A stretch of 63,801 nt of DNA, counting the filler, from Octopus bimaculoides (taxonomy: Eukaryota), in NCBI RefSeq assembly GCF_001194135.2. It is 6 parts of 4 records of this genome, joined end to end, with 100 filler letters (N's around TTAATTAATTAA, not from the genome) between each part and the next. Parts side by side here need not be neighbours in the genome. Positions count along the whole stretch, not along the records: positions 1 to 25,490 come from NC_068986.1; 5 more parts are not named here. One strand, 5' to 3'. Made by a program: the position numbers and the translations under genes. This document shows, in pieces, positions 12,676 to 24,994 of this stretch. Position 1 is the stretch's first letter. Every line of letters begins with the position of its first letter. The notes beneath the pieces are model-generated. The model saw only the letters and a list, made by a program, of their open reading frames with translations. It did no database searches and was not told the DNA's origin.

Positions 12676-13593
12676 TAATTCTTTTGCAATTATAGCATTT
12701 TTGATTTTTAAATAGACAGTCTTTTCTGAAATGTATGCCCCCACATCTATAACATGGATTAGGACATGGCACTCTTTTTTGGTTGTACTTTTCCAGTCAG
12801 CATATCTGTATTTTTGAGGAATCCTTTTCTTGAATCTTTTTTTACATCATACTTCAGGTTTATCATCCTTTGGCATTCTTCAGCCATGGACTGTAAAAGT
12901 AGATCTTGGTTTGCTAATTCCAATTTAGAAAGAATTCTTACCTGAATTTCTGTATCTTCGTTTGTGTAAGACCTTGCATGAAAATAAGACACTTGAACAT
13001 CTCAGGTGTAAGTTCTTTGAGTTTAAAACTTTCACACATCCTGTTGACTGTTCCTGTGTATGTGATAAAATCATCATTCTCTTTTTTCGTTATATTCCAA
13101 CACTCCATTTGAGTATTAAATAGAGAAGTTTTATCACTGAATATGTTAGACAGTAATTCTATTGTTTCTTTAAAACAAATTTCATTGGGTTTTTGGGGCA
13201 ATATGAAATTACAGTAATATTCATGCTTTAGCAGAGCAAACATTTTGTTTGTCTGACCATGATTTGCAATCTTGCTTAAAAATCTCCTCATACCTTTTGT
13301 ATTACGATGCAAAAGTTATACCCTTCACTGGGTTATAACTGAATTCATTAATTGAAACACTGTCTGACGAAAACAAACTTACTTCATTCTTGGATTTCTC
13401 TGAATATAGCTCCAATAATTGTTGCTCTTGTAGTTGTTGCTGTAATAGTTGCATCTGCAACTCCTGTTACTGCTCTTCTTGTTGCTTTTGCAACTGTATT
13501 ATGGTAACCGATAAGCCTTCCATTATTTAACAAGTTGTATCACAAACAAATTGTTAAATAACCTATGTGAGCTTTGAAACCCTTGTCATCTGA

Positions 13594-13857
13594 TGTTGTG
13601 ACGTAATTTATGTACAATAAATAAGAAAACCAGCCAACAGTAAAGACAATGTAATGAACTAACAAATCTCTTTATGAACCAACAATCAATATTCTTTGGG
13701 AACTAACCAACCAACATCTTCCAACTTCACTGCAAACTAACACAAACTTTACTCGACTCTGGACTTTGAACTTAAACTCACTCAGATTGTTACTATTTAT
13801 ACTTTACTTGGACCAATCTATCTCTCATAGGGGGGCATTGTAACTCTCATCACAACA
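13594..13857 (-). repeat. 5' LTR of the Gypsy element
   Basis: TGTTGTGA...TCACAACA 8-bp terminal inverted repeat. Confidence 0.9.
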
Positions 13858-13864
13858 AACTATT

Positions 13865-15270
13865 GTGGAAATTTACTATAGTACAATATGATATAATGCT
13901 CTATATTTGTTGGCAAAAAATTCCTATCTTTTGCATGGATTTTTTCATCATCAAAAAACCGCATTCTATAGCACTTGAAATTGTATCAGATCTGCTTATT
14001 CCACAGGTGAAACTCTGGGGTTCATTGGTTGAAATATCAAATTTATTTGGTTTTTATTGAATCTAAAATCAATATAATTCATGATGCAACATGTGCCTTC
14101 ATTGAATTTCAATTTTTTGAGGCTTTTGTACTTTTGTAAGCATTGTAGATGGTGAAGGCTGTTGACTCATCTTTCAAAATTGATTCTTTCAACTGCAGAT
14201 AGTTTGAACAGATTTTGGGTGAGATTAGTCCTGATCTCATTATTTCACACACCTTCTTCTGCACCAAAACGCCTTCTTTCTTAAAACTCTCTACAATTTT
14301 TGTAACTTCTGCAAGGTTCTTGACAGTAATTTCAGGGATCCAGCTAGCTACCCTACCTGGTCACACCTGACTGAGGGGAAGTATCTGATTATTTTTAATT
14401 GCTCTCAATGGTGTTTGTTTTTTACAGGAGCTGCCTTGATCATGGCAATCAGACAATTGACTGTAGGATAGAAAGCCTTTATTTTTAGAGTACAGTTGTA
14501 CAGTAGGTGGGAGAAGCAGGTTACATGGAAGAGATTATGGTACATAACTTACAATGTTTCTCCAGCAGTTACCACATACTGAGCAGCATTAGACAATAAT
14601 AAGAGAAAATTTTCTCTTAAAACCACCATACTTCTTAGTGAACCATGAATGACCTGAGCAATGATTGCAGCAGTTAGAGCTAATTCAAGTGGCAAACATT
14701 CTATTAAGAATGTTTTGTGAGAATTTTTAACTGAACCAATAAGTACATTAACAATTTTTTGTCATCGACTTCACTTTCATCAACAATTAAAAATACATTT
14801 TGATCAGCAAGGCAAGTCTTGCAATTTTCAACCATGTTTGCACCAAGCATATCAACATATTTTTGGCACATTGATTGAGATGGCAGTGGCTTATAAATAG
14901 AATCAAAAAGACTTCTCAAATTTGGATTAGTGAGCTCGATAAGGCAATGATAAAAGAACTCCACAGTCAACTTCAAAAAGGTCCAGCAATACAGCAGCGA
15001 AAGAGAATGATCCAATTCAATTAATCTCAAATAAAAATTTATATAAAATAGTTAACAAATTTAAATGATCCATAAAAATATATATATATCTAAATATTGA
15101 GAAACAGCTAGCATACTGCACATTTACATATACTGAAAAGAATAGCAAGGAAAAGTATTTAATTTTGATGGTAAATTTAAAATAAATAACAGGTACAAAA
15201 ATTGAAACTGTAAGTAGATACATTTACAATTGGATGGTAATAAATAATTCTATTCTTAAAGAGGCCTGTT
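13865..15270 (-). mobile_element. hAT-related (CGGBP-like) transposase relic
   Basis: LTNPNLRSLF...LPSQS...VFLIVDES; LLLLSNAAQYV..AG..L..MYHNLFHVTCFSHLLYN; C-terminal TSSAIECGF resembles the hAT dimerisation motif. Multiple frameshifts; only one candidate TIR (CAGGCCTC..., ~15270). Confidence 0.75.
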
Positions 15271-15304
15271 TCATAACTCAAAAAGAGATGCAAATAATCA
15301 ATAT

Positions 15305-15538
15305 TTAATTCTTTATTGCCCACAGGGGGCTAAACTTAGAGGGAACAAACAAGGACAGACAAAGGGACTAAGTCAATTACATGGACTCCAGTGCATAACT
15401 GGTACTTATTTAATCGACCCCTGAAAGGATGAAAGGCAAAGTCGACTTCAGCAGAGTTTGAATTCAGAATGTAATGGCAGATGAAATACTGCTAAGCATT
15501 TCGCCTGGCGTGCTAACAATTCTGCCAGCTCATCACCC
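15305..15538 (-). mobile_element. tRNA-derived SINE (core resembling the Meta-domain)
   Basis: Reverse-complement homolog of 60049-60289, with core ...GTCGACTTTGCCTTTCATCCTTTCAGGGGTCGATTAAATAAGTACCAG. Confidence 0.85.
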
Positions 15539-16098
15539 TATAGTCAATATCAACAGTTGGTATCAATCACCAATAACTAATATTGGTAAAAGAACATTGA
15601 AGTTAGAAATTTGTCTTACACAAAAACTGTACGGACACGCAAATGACTGGACGTACAGGATGTCAAATAATTTTCAATATCCAAGGGTAGGACAAGCCAT
15701 AAGGAGTGTTAAAAATAGCTCCAAAGAGGTAATCCAATAAAACAGCTCTACTAAAAACTAGCAGAAATATATATCAAATTTAGGCTTAATCAATACATTA
15801 CTCTCAATGAATTTATTTATTCTTTTCAGCATCTAATAAAAAAAAGATGTCTTTTGTGAAATTTCCTTTTTTTTTTTAAATCTTATTTTAACTTTATTAA
15901 CCTTAAAAAGCGATTAATTACGATGATTAATCATAAAAATGGTTTTAACCTTGAAGCAAACATCTTTATGAAATTGAACTTTTTGGCAAAAAATTGCCTT
16001 CGTGATGAGTATACACATGAGTGTGTGTCTATTGTGTGTATGTTTATAAGTATGCATATGGACATATATGTATATGTCCCTATATATATATAGGGACA

Positions 16099-19000
16099 TA
16101 TATACAATCCCATTACAAAACCAAATATGAAGCAATCGACAGTCTTATTGAAGATGAAATATCAAAACTAGCAACCGGCAATGTAAAAGAAAAAATGCAC
16201 GAACTATGGATCAAAGATATCTCCAGAGAAGAGAACAAATCAAGAAAATTATGGCAGCAGAAACAACTATTCCTGGATAAATATTCTACCAACTATGGTA
16301 AAGAGTTTAGAACCCAGAGAAATAACAGTAAAAAAGAACAATCTCACCAATGTAAATAAAGCCAGAGCATGAGGCAACATGAACGCCCATTCCACCAGGA
16401 ATCAAAGAGGAACTACGGTAAGAACTCTTCCCTTTTTGTATGCAAACACCCTAATGTACACATTATAAACAAAAAACATGAACAAAATAAATATTTCTTT
16501 GACCAGACCATTAGATGTAGGAACACCAGATCATTTTCAAAACCTCAACAAAGATTACCTTCAAAAAACTGGGTAAAAAACCGACCTAGAACCAGAAACA
16601 ATACTAGACCATCCTCTCAGATCACTAAAACCAATACTTACAAATTGAAAAGGAAGATGTATAATTCCGAAAATAGGATAGCAAACATAACAATACCAGG
16701 TAAAATAACACAACAAAAACACAAACTTCAAGTCAACACTAACAAAAATAGAAACCATAAACAGAAAAAAATTCATTTCTTAATGTCAGGACAACAAACA
16801 CCAGAGAAAGAAACATCCCAGGGGGAAACATACCCGAAAACAACTGGACATATAGATCCTAAGATAATTAATCTTTCCAGAAGAGATCTTGACAATGATG
16901 AAACCCAACTTCTGTTAAAAGGCCTGAAATTTACACCTACACCAACAGTCAACCACCATGAACTAAAGGAAGATATCCAGAAATTCTGTCACAAATTACG
17001 ACTTGTGGAATTCTTCACCACCAATATTAATAATAAAAATAATAATGAAACCAAAGATTCTTTAGTGAAGAATAAATCAAATTTCACCCCACCAAAAGGC
17101 AGAAATATCTACCTTGACCAATATATTGACACCCTATCAAACTTCCCCCTAAAACAAAATACCAAAGTTAGGCTGAACATTAACAAATCAGAGATATCTG
17201 CACTTAAACGCATACAAAACGATGNNNNNNNNNNNNNNNNNNNNNNNNNNNNNNNNNNNNNNNNNNNNNNNNNNNNNNNNNNNNNNNNNNNNNNNNNNNN
17301 NNNNNNNNNNNNNNNNNNNNNNNNNNNNNNNNNNNNNNNNNNNNNNNNNNNNNNNNNNNNNNNNNNNNNNNNNNNNNNNNNNNNNNNNNNNNNNNNNNNN
17401 NNNNNNNNNNNNNNNNNNNNNNNNNNNNNNNNNNNNNNNNNNNNNNNNNNNNNNNNNNNNNNNNNNNNNNNNNNNNNNNNNNNNNNNNNNNNNNNNNNNN
17501 NNNNNNNNNNNNNNNNNNNNNNNNNNNNNNNNNNNNNNNNNNNNNNNNNNNNNNNNNNNNNNNNNNNNNNNNNNNNNNNNNNNNNNNNNNNNNNNNNNNN
17601 NNNNNNNNNNNNNNNNNNNNNNNNNNNNNNNNNNNNNNNNNNNNNNNNNNNNNNNNNNNNNNNNNNNNNNNNNNNNNNNNNNNNNNNNNNNNNNNNNNNN
17701 NNNNNNNNNNNNNNNNNNNNNNNNNNNNNNNNNNNNNNNNNNNNNNNNNNNNNNNNNNNNNNNNNNNNNNNNNNNNNNNNNNNNNNNNNNNNNNNNNNNN
17801 NNNNNNNNNNNNNNNNNNNNNNNNNNNNNNNNNNNNNNNNNNNNNNNNNNNNNNNNNNNNNNNNNNNNNNNNNNNNNNNNNNNNNNNNNNNNNNNNNNNN
17901 NNNNNNNNNNNNNNNNNNNNNNNNNNNNNNNNNNNNNNNNNNNNNNNNNNNNNNNNNNNNNNNNNNNNNNNNNNNNNNNNNNNNNNNNNNNNNNNNNNNN
18001 CCCAAAACCACTGAAACAAATTCAATCTTACTCACATGATTTAGGAATAAAGGCGATCGAATATTGGGTAGATAAACACAGAGAAGCAATTCCCAACAGA
18101 TTCACAGTGACATTTATACTAGAATCAGTGAGACTTATCCTGGAAAATAATACTTTCTTCTTCAATGGAAAGAACTATATCCAAATTAAAGGCACGGCTA
18201 TGGGAACGAGGTTTGCTCCCGTTTATGCGAATTCGGTGATGGGTTACTTGGAACAAAAACTCTACCAGGAAATAGAAGAGAGATACAACACTGAATTTAG
18301 AAAGTTTATAGAAAAAGCATGGAAGAGATACCTTGACGATTGCTTTATAATCTGGACAAAACCTCAAAACATTGTGGAAGAATTCAACACCCTCCTGAAC
18401 AACCTACACCCATCAATCCAATTTACAAAGGAGATGAGCAGTACCAAATTACCATTTCTAGATATAATGGTAGTTACAAAGAACACCGCCATTACCACAG
18501 ATATATATTATAAACACACAGACACACACCAATACCTGAATTTTAAATCGTGCCATCCCCCCCATACAAAACGCAATATCCCATACTGCTTAGCCAGGAG
18601 AATCTGTACTATTGTAGAGGATCTAAAGACCAGAAATCAGTGCCTGATGGAACTGAAAGAATTTCTGCTCAAACAAAAGTACCCGTCACTACTCATAGAA
18701 AATGGTATTCAGCGGGCTTCGAAAATACCCATACAACAACTGAGGACACTGCAAAGAAGAGAAAAACAGGAAAAGATCATACCATTTATATTGACACAAA
18801 ATCCATGCCACCAGAACATCTTCATTATCGCTAAAGCAAACTTACCAATCCTTGCACAAAGTAAGGAATTGAGAAATATCATTACAGATCAAAATATAAC
18901 TCTCAGTAAGAGACAACCTAAAAACTTGAAAAAGCTATTAACAAAGGCAAGGTTTGACCTCAGCAACAAAAATCAAACATTCACTGTATCCAAATGCAAT

Positions 19001-19185
19001 GATAGCCGATGCGGTACATGCCGATCAATTTATACCGGCCCATATATGAACACAAAAACATGGAAAATATTCACCAATGCGAACATGAACTGCAAAAGTA
19101 GAAATCTAATCTACTGCATCAAATACCCTAATTGTGAAGAACTGTACGTTGGCCAGACAGGTAATGCACTATCGGAATGCTCATG
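16099..19185 (+). mobile_element. Penelope-like element (RT + GIY-YIG endonuclease), probably Neptune-type; interrupted by gaps
   Basis: KIINLSRRDL...LLLKGLKFTPTP (PLE N-terminal motif); GTAMGTRFAPVYAN; WKRYLDDCFIIW; KLPFLDI; HPPHTKRNIPY; Cys linker CNDSRCGTC; LIYCIKYPNCEELYVGQT. One in-frame stop (16357-16359) in the visible sequence. Confidence 0.95.
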
Positions 19186-20128
19186 NNNNNNNNNNNNNNN
19201 NNNNNNNNNNNNNNNNNNNNNNNNNNNNNNNNNNNNNNNNNNNNNNNNNNNNNNNNNNNNNNNNNNNNNNNNNNNNNNNNNNNNNNNNNNNNNNNNNNNN
19301 NNNNNNNNNNNNNNNNNNNNNNNNNNNNNNNNNNNNNNNNNNNNNNNNNNNNNNNNNNNNNNNNNNNNNNNNNNNNNNNNNNNNNNNNNNNNNNNNNNNN
19401 NNNNNNNNNNNNNNNNNNNNNNNNNNNNNNNNNNNNNNNNNNNNNNNNNNNNNNNNNNNNNNNNNNNNNNNNNNNNNNNNNNNNNNNNNNNNNNNNNNNN
19501 NNNNNNNNNNNNNNNNNNNNNNNNNNNNNNNNNNNNNNNNNNNNNNNNNNNNNNNNNNNNNNNNNNNNNNNNNNNNNNNNNNNNNNNNNNNNNNNNNNNN
19601 NNNNNNNNNNNNNNNNNNNNNNNNNNNNNNNNNNNNNNNNNNNNNNNNNNNNNNNNNNNNNNNNNNNNNNNNNNNNNNNNNNNNNNNNNNNNNNNNNNNN
19701 NNNNNNNNNNNNNNNNNNNNNNNNNNNNNNNNNNNNNNNNNNNNNNNNNNNNNNNNNNNNNNNNNNNNNNNNNNNNNNNNNNNNNNNNNNNNNNNNNNNN
19801 NNNNNNNNNNNNNNNNNNNNNNNNNNNNNNNNNNNNNNNNNNNNNNNNNNNNNNNNNNNNNNNNNNNNNNNNNNNNNNNNNNNNNNNNNNNNNNNNNNNN
19901 NNNNNNNNNNNNNNNNNNNNNNNNNNNNNNNNNNNNNNNNNNNNNNNNNNNNNNNNNNNNNNNNNNNNNNNNNNNNNNNNNNNNNNNNNNNNNNNNNNNN
20001 NNNNNNNNNNNNNNNNNNNNNNNNNNNNNNNNNNNNNNNNNNNNNNNNNNNNNNNNNNNNNNNNNNNNNNNNNNNNNNNNNNNNNNNNNNNNNNNNNNNN
20101 NNNNNNNNNNNNNNNNNNNNNNNNNNNN

Positions 20129-20185
<57 letters not shown>

Positions 20186-20649
20186 CACACACGCATGTAT
20201 GTTTATAGATACTGCATGCATGTGTATATGAGTGTACATATCATAGGAGTTAAGAGGGTGTACATACACATGTACACATACATACACAGACATTTACTCA
20301 TATAAATTCACGTATGGACATGTCTGTCCATAAATTCACTTCAAGATATACACACATACACTCATATATACATGCATGCAGTATCTATGAACATACATGT
20401 GTGTATATATATACCCACTCCATGATGAACCACTTCTAGCCAGCTTTGATAGGCAACCTCAACACTAACCTGTTTTCAGCCAGCCAAGTAGTAAGCCAAA
20501 ATGAGCACCTATAGTACATAACTATTACATCATTAAATTAAAATCCTATATATGCATGTATATATAACATCAGTAAATCATAACTCCAGAAAAGAAGAAC
20601 ACTCTAAGTAATAAAGCAGTAGAGTATATGGATAAAGATAGATTTGGCC

Positions 20650-20722
20650 GGTTTATGGGGTTACTCTGGGTTTCACATCCATAAAGTGCTTAGCTTTACA
20701 GTTTTTCTTCAGACCCTAAACC
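20650..20722 (-). ncRNA. Type I hammerhead ribozyme fold (HHR-1)
   Basis: Minus strand: GGUUUAGGGU-CUGAAGA-[stem II]-GAAAC-CCAGA-GUA/ACCCCAUAAACC. Stem I is 10 bp with a 2-nt bulge; stem II is partly eroded. Confidence 0.75.
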
Positions 20723-21050
20723 TATTGACCTAAGGCCTCTCTTGAAAATGGAGGAGGAAAAGACTCCATTACTCTATGTCAATGACAAAGGATTGTCTCC
20801 TTTTGACTGCTATTCATAATTGACCTTATTGGCATGTGGATCCCAGGTTGCCAGTAGGAATTTCCTGAAGTGCAAGCAGGGTCCAAAGACTTCTATCCTG
20901 GAGTTAAGGATGTTCTCCAGGTCAAGGGAGTCCTTTAATATCCTCGTCTGTTTGGCTATACACAGTTTATAATGCTTGGTTCCATTTATGTAGGGTCTTG
21001 GATTTTCTAGGATCATCCATGATAATTACATGTGGTCTCGCAAACTTAAG
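20650..21050 (-). mobile_element. 3' end of a second Penelope-like element (GIY-YIG C-terminus plus pLTR-like region)
   Basis: LSWMILENPRPYINGTKHYKLCIAKQ..IL...LNSRIEVFGPCLHFRKFLL (ORF 20810-21016) matches PLE endonuclease C-termini; a hammerhead fold follows. Confidence 0.75.
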
Positions 21051-21200
21051 GACACAGTAATTGTGTCAAGGCCGACAGGAAGCGGCCCAGCTTCCTAGGG
21101 CTAAACGGCAGTAGTGTATTCCCTTATTGGGATTGTCACATTAAGTTGACAATATACTACAACTTTATCGATCCACTACTGCTTAAATCTCTCTGAGAGA
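21050..21200 (-). repeat. Dispersed repeat fragment shared with 63745-63801
   Basis: TTGTCAACTTAATGTGACA...AAGGGAAT..TACTGC occurs at both sites in opposite orientation. Confidence 0.6.
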
Positions 21201-21726
21201 TTTAGAAATATTATATATATANNNNNNNNNNNNNNNNNNNNNNNNNNNNNNNNNNNNNNNNNNNNNNNNNNNNNNNNNNNNNNNNNNNNNNNNNNNNNNN
21301 NNNNNNNNNNNNNNNNNNNNNNNNNNNNNNNNNNNNNNNNNNNNNNNNNNNNNNNNNNNNNNNNNNNNNNNNNNNNNNNNNNNNNNNNNNNNNNNNNNNN
21401 NNNNNNNNNNNNNNNNNNNNNNNNNNNNNNNNNNNNNNNNNNNNNNNNNNNNNNNNNNNNNNNNNNNNNAGGGTAAAAATTAGTAATTAATTAATAATTA
21501 ATCATTTTACCAAGTAGTTCGGTGTGTTAAAAAACCATTATCGGTAAAAGTTATATAAACAAAATTAAAATTAGGGTTAAGCAAGAATTGCTTCACCACA
21601 CACCAAAAATTAGAAATAGCAGTCAAAACTACTATTTCTCTGCCAAAATATAACTCCCAGACAGACAAATACTCGCAACTACAAAGGCAAAAAAGAAAAA
21701 ATAATGAATTCACCCGGCTTTGATTA

Positions 21727-21798
21727 ATTGTATACGTGTTTCAGAATTAAAGAGGTGTAAATTATATTACCCGAACTTATTTCCTTCATCAGTACAAT
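21727..21798 (-). ncRNA. Minimal type I hammerhead ribozyme fold (HHR-2)
   Basis: Minus strand: AUUGUA-CUGAUGA-[extended stem II]-GAAAC-AC-GUA/UACAAU. Perfect 6-bp stem I, intact core, 2-nt loop III. Confidence 0.8.
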
Positions 21799-21884
21799 AT
21801 TTCAAAATTATAAATCCGAGAATGCTAATAAAAGAATAATTAATTCGATTCATAATTTTAATTCGGATTTGTATAAAGCTTCCG

Positions 21885-23090
21885 TATGAACAGCAATGCT
21901 ACATGGTAGTGAGACATGGGCTCTGTTGGATGTGTTCTACATCAGCATGCAATGTTTTTGAGAAAAAAATTGGGTATATGAGGAATCAGATGTAATATGC
22001 AAGAGGAGACTATGCTAGTATGATCATATGATGTGTATGGATGAGCACAGTTGTATAAAAAGTGCCAATCAATTAAAGTGGATGAAACTTGTGGAAGAGA
22101 GAAGCCCAGAAACACATGGACTGAAGTAGTGAAGGCTCATCTTAGATGTTGAACCTCACAGAGAAGACCTGTCTGTTACAGTATAAATGAGGTTCTAAAA
22201 CCATTGTTTATGTCTATACTCTCACTGAACTCTACCCCTACACTCAATCTGATCATGTCAAGCTTTCACTACCTCTCATCTTCCTGGCAGTCATCCTTCC
22301 AGCACTCTTCTAATTATAGTACTATTCAGCTGATGTAACTATATGAGAGCAGTAGTGAAATCATGTGGCTTAGTGGCTAGGGTATATTCGGCTCATGATC
22401 ATAACATTACAAGTTTTATTCCTGGCAGTGCATTGTGTCCTTGAGCAAGACACTTTATTTCTTGTTGCTCCAGTCCAGTCAGCCAGCAAAAATGAGTAGT
22501 ACCTGTATTTCAAAGAGCCAACTTTGTCACATTCTGTGTCACACTGAATCTCCCTGAGAACTAAGTTAAGGGTAAGTATGTATATGGAGTGTTCAGTCAC
22601 TTACATGTTAATTTCACATGTGGGCTGTTCCACTGATTGGATCAAATGAAACCCAACCAAGTGTCAGTTTTTTAATGAGAGTAGTATGTGCACATAATTC
22701 ATCCCTTATGTACTACCAGTTGCCTCCCCCCGCCATCTCTCTTGAGATACTTCCTTTTAAAATCCATCCCTCATTCTCAATATCATCCCTTCTCACTGTT
22801 TTTTCCACTGATCACCCCCCTTTGTGCCTCTAGTTATCTCTCTTCCTCAGGGCTACATTACAGAACTGCCATATCTCATCTTTAACACCCTCTTACATCT
22901 GCTATCATTCTCAACACCCAGTACACTCTGTAAAGTGGGTGTTGGAAGGTAAGTGCACTAGAAAGACATTCAGCTGTAGAAATCATACAAAACCAGACTT
23001 TGAAACTTGATGTAGACCTCTGGGTTGTTGAATTCTGTCAAACCATCCAACCCATGCCAACATGAAAAACAAACATTAAAAAATTATTAT
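21885..23090 (+). mobile_element. Old RTE-clade LINE 3' fragment
   Basis: AMLHGSETWAL, CMDEHSCIKK, TCGREKPRNTWTEVVK; decayed tail ...CCATCCAACCCATGCCAACATG at ~23040-23065. Confidence 0.7.
22357..22640 (+). mobile_element. tRNA-derived SINE with CORE-like segment
   Basis: A-box-like GTGGCTTAGTGG, then TGTGTCCTTGAGCAAGACACTTTA. Confidence 0.7.
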
Positions 23091-23459
23091 GATACACACA
23101 TGAGGTGCCTTCCACGTATATATAACTCCAATTTTTGACTGTCACCTATTTTGTTGATTCCCATTGTTTCGATATTCTGAGCCAAACAGGAACTAGAAAT
23201 AATGACTTTAGCATGATATACTAAAGATATAAGAAACAAATAATTCATTGTTGAATTCTGGAATTACAAAACAAACTGAAATTACAATTAACTGCTTAAC
23301 TCAACCATAATTAATTGACAAAATTCAATTATCAATTTTGATAGAAATTCATTTTCTGTGAAATTTATATGAATGCATCATCTGGAGGTGGCAATGATAA
23401 TGAGATTTTAATGGGAATATTTTGATGAAATCAAACCTAAAATATTGTGAAACAATACT

Positions 23460-24170
23460 GCCTGCTTTGGAAGATAAGAGAAAAGAAAAGGCAGAAAAAG
23501 AAAGAATGAAAGAAAGAAGAAAAACAAAAAATAATGAAAGAAATAATTGAAAAAAGAGAACAAAAAAATAAAAGGAAGAAAAAGAAGAGTGAAAGAAATA
23601 CTAAAAAGATAAAAAGGGAAAGAAATAACAAAAGAAAGAAAAAAGAAAAGAATAGGAGAAAGGATAGGATGAAATAAAGATGAAATACAAGACAGAAAAA
23701 GTGAAACAGAGAAAGGGTGAAAGATATGCAGAGAAAAAAAAAGGGTGAAAAATTATTTGAAAATGTTAATTGGTTATTGATTACAAATCTGTAAATTTGT
23801 AAGATTGAGGTGGAGCAGAGGGGTAAATTTTTACAGCTGATTGAATCAGCTACTGTGTGACTGGTATCAGTTTTAATGATACTAAACTGTTGAAAAGTAA
23901 ATAATAATATTGGGAAGGGGGAAGAAATACTGAAGACAAAAAGATAAAAGAAACTTAATGAAAAAAAAGATGGGAAAGAAACAAAATGTGGAAGGAAGAA
24001 GAAAAAATGGAGCAGTAGAAATAAGGAAAAGAGACATTAAGAAAGGAAAGTCAAACAGGATGAAACTGGGAGGAAATAACAAGAGAAGAAGGGAGATGGG
24101 GAAAAGGAGAAAGAGAGAGGAGGAGAAAAGAAAAGAGATAGAAAGAAAAAGTAGGGAGGAAATTCAAGTA
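23460..24170 (+). repeat. Purine-rich (A/G) low-complexity tract
   Basis: Direct composition; explains the spurious K/E/R-rich and F/L/S-rich ORFs. Confidence 0.85.
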
Positions 24171-24639
24171 GAAAATTTCTCCATTATTGATTCATTAGAA
24201 AACATTTCCCAGAACTAAACACAGACCCAGCAGTTAAAATTTTAAAAAACTGGGTTCACCAAATAAAAAGATTGATGGGTTGTAAAAATAAAAGATTGAA
24301 TATTTTTGAGGTGTATTGCAGCAGTTTAACAAGAAACTAATTATGTTGTTTTTTCAGTCCAATGAGAAAATATTTAAGTCTATTTAATATGTTTATAACC
24401 TATATTCTTATATAAGAAAAATAGCATGATGTTACAACATATCATTGCTTTTATTATATTTACTATATCAAACTGATAAATCTACAAGTTCACAAACACC
24501 ATCAATGTGAGATCATTATTATTATTTTTCAATAATTTTGTTTTTATCACAAGCTTTCATTCCACAACCAGATACTCTTCAACATAATTTGCGTACATAC
24601 AGTGTTTTATTCCAATTTTGCATTCCCTTTAATATGAAA

Positions 24640-24830
24640 CTACTCTACATTATGTTTACTGTGCCAAGTAGCATGTTTTCTGCACATTGTGTATATATTT
24701 AAGTCCTGGAGTTTTCATTATGTATTTGTCTACATATTTTTTAATCATTCCCAAAGCACCTATTAGTATTGGGATTGCTTCTATTTACAATCCCTGCATT
24801 CCAGTTATCTCTCTCAGAAAAATGCCTGAT
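24640..24830 (-). mobile_element. R4/Dong-like endonuclease C-terminal remnant
   Basis: Minus-strand PILIGALGMIKKYVDKYIMKTPGLKYIHNVQK. Confidence 0.65.
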
Positions 24831-24994
24831 AGTATTTGTTCATGCTTCTGAAGTTCTTTACCTTTCATCCTTCCAGAATTGATTAAGTACCAGTAAAGTA
24901 ATTGGTCAATATACTTAACTGATCCTTACCCAAATTTGTGCCTACATTAGAAGCATTTGTTTTTAAGATGTTTTTAGTATTTTTCCATTATATA

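Larger units (their letters stand above)
9844..13857 (-). mobile_element. Ty3/Gypsy LTR retrotransposon, internally deleted (gag-PR-INT, no RT/RNase H)
   Basis: Two ~265-bp LTRs, 4-bp TSD AACT (9840-9843 and 13858-13861), PPT AAAAGGAGAGA on the minus strand next to the LTR at 10109, degenerate PBS next to 13594. Gag-like ORF 12938-13312, Zn-knuckle remnants (~12680-12745), protease LQFNTGSDISII, integrase PWSRVHINYAGP...DNGTQF...SNGQVERFV...SPAELMF. Confidence 0.92.

Noticed and set aside
23958-24218. K/R/E-rich ORF and similar YIYI, THTH, LSLS and FFLF ORFs throughout
   Set aside because: Translations of low-complexity and microsatellite DNA.
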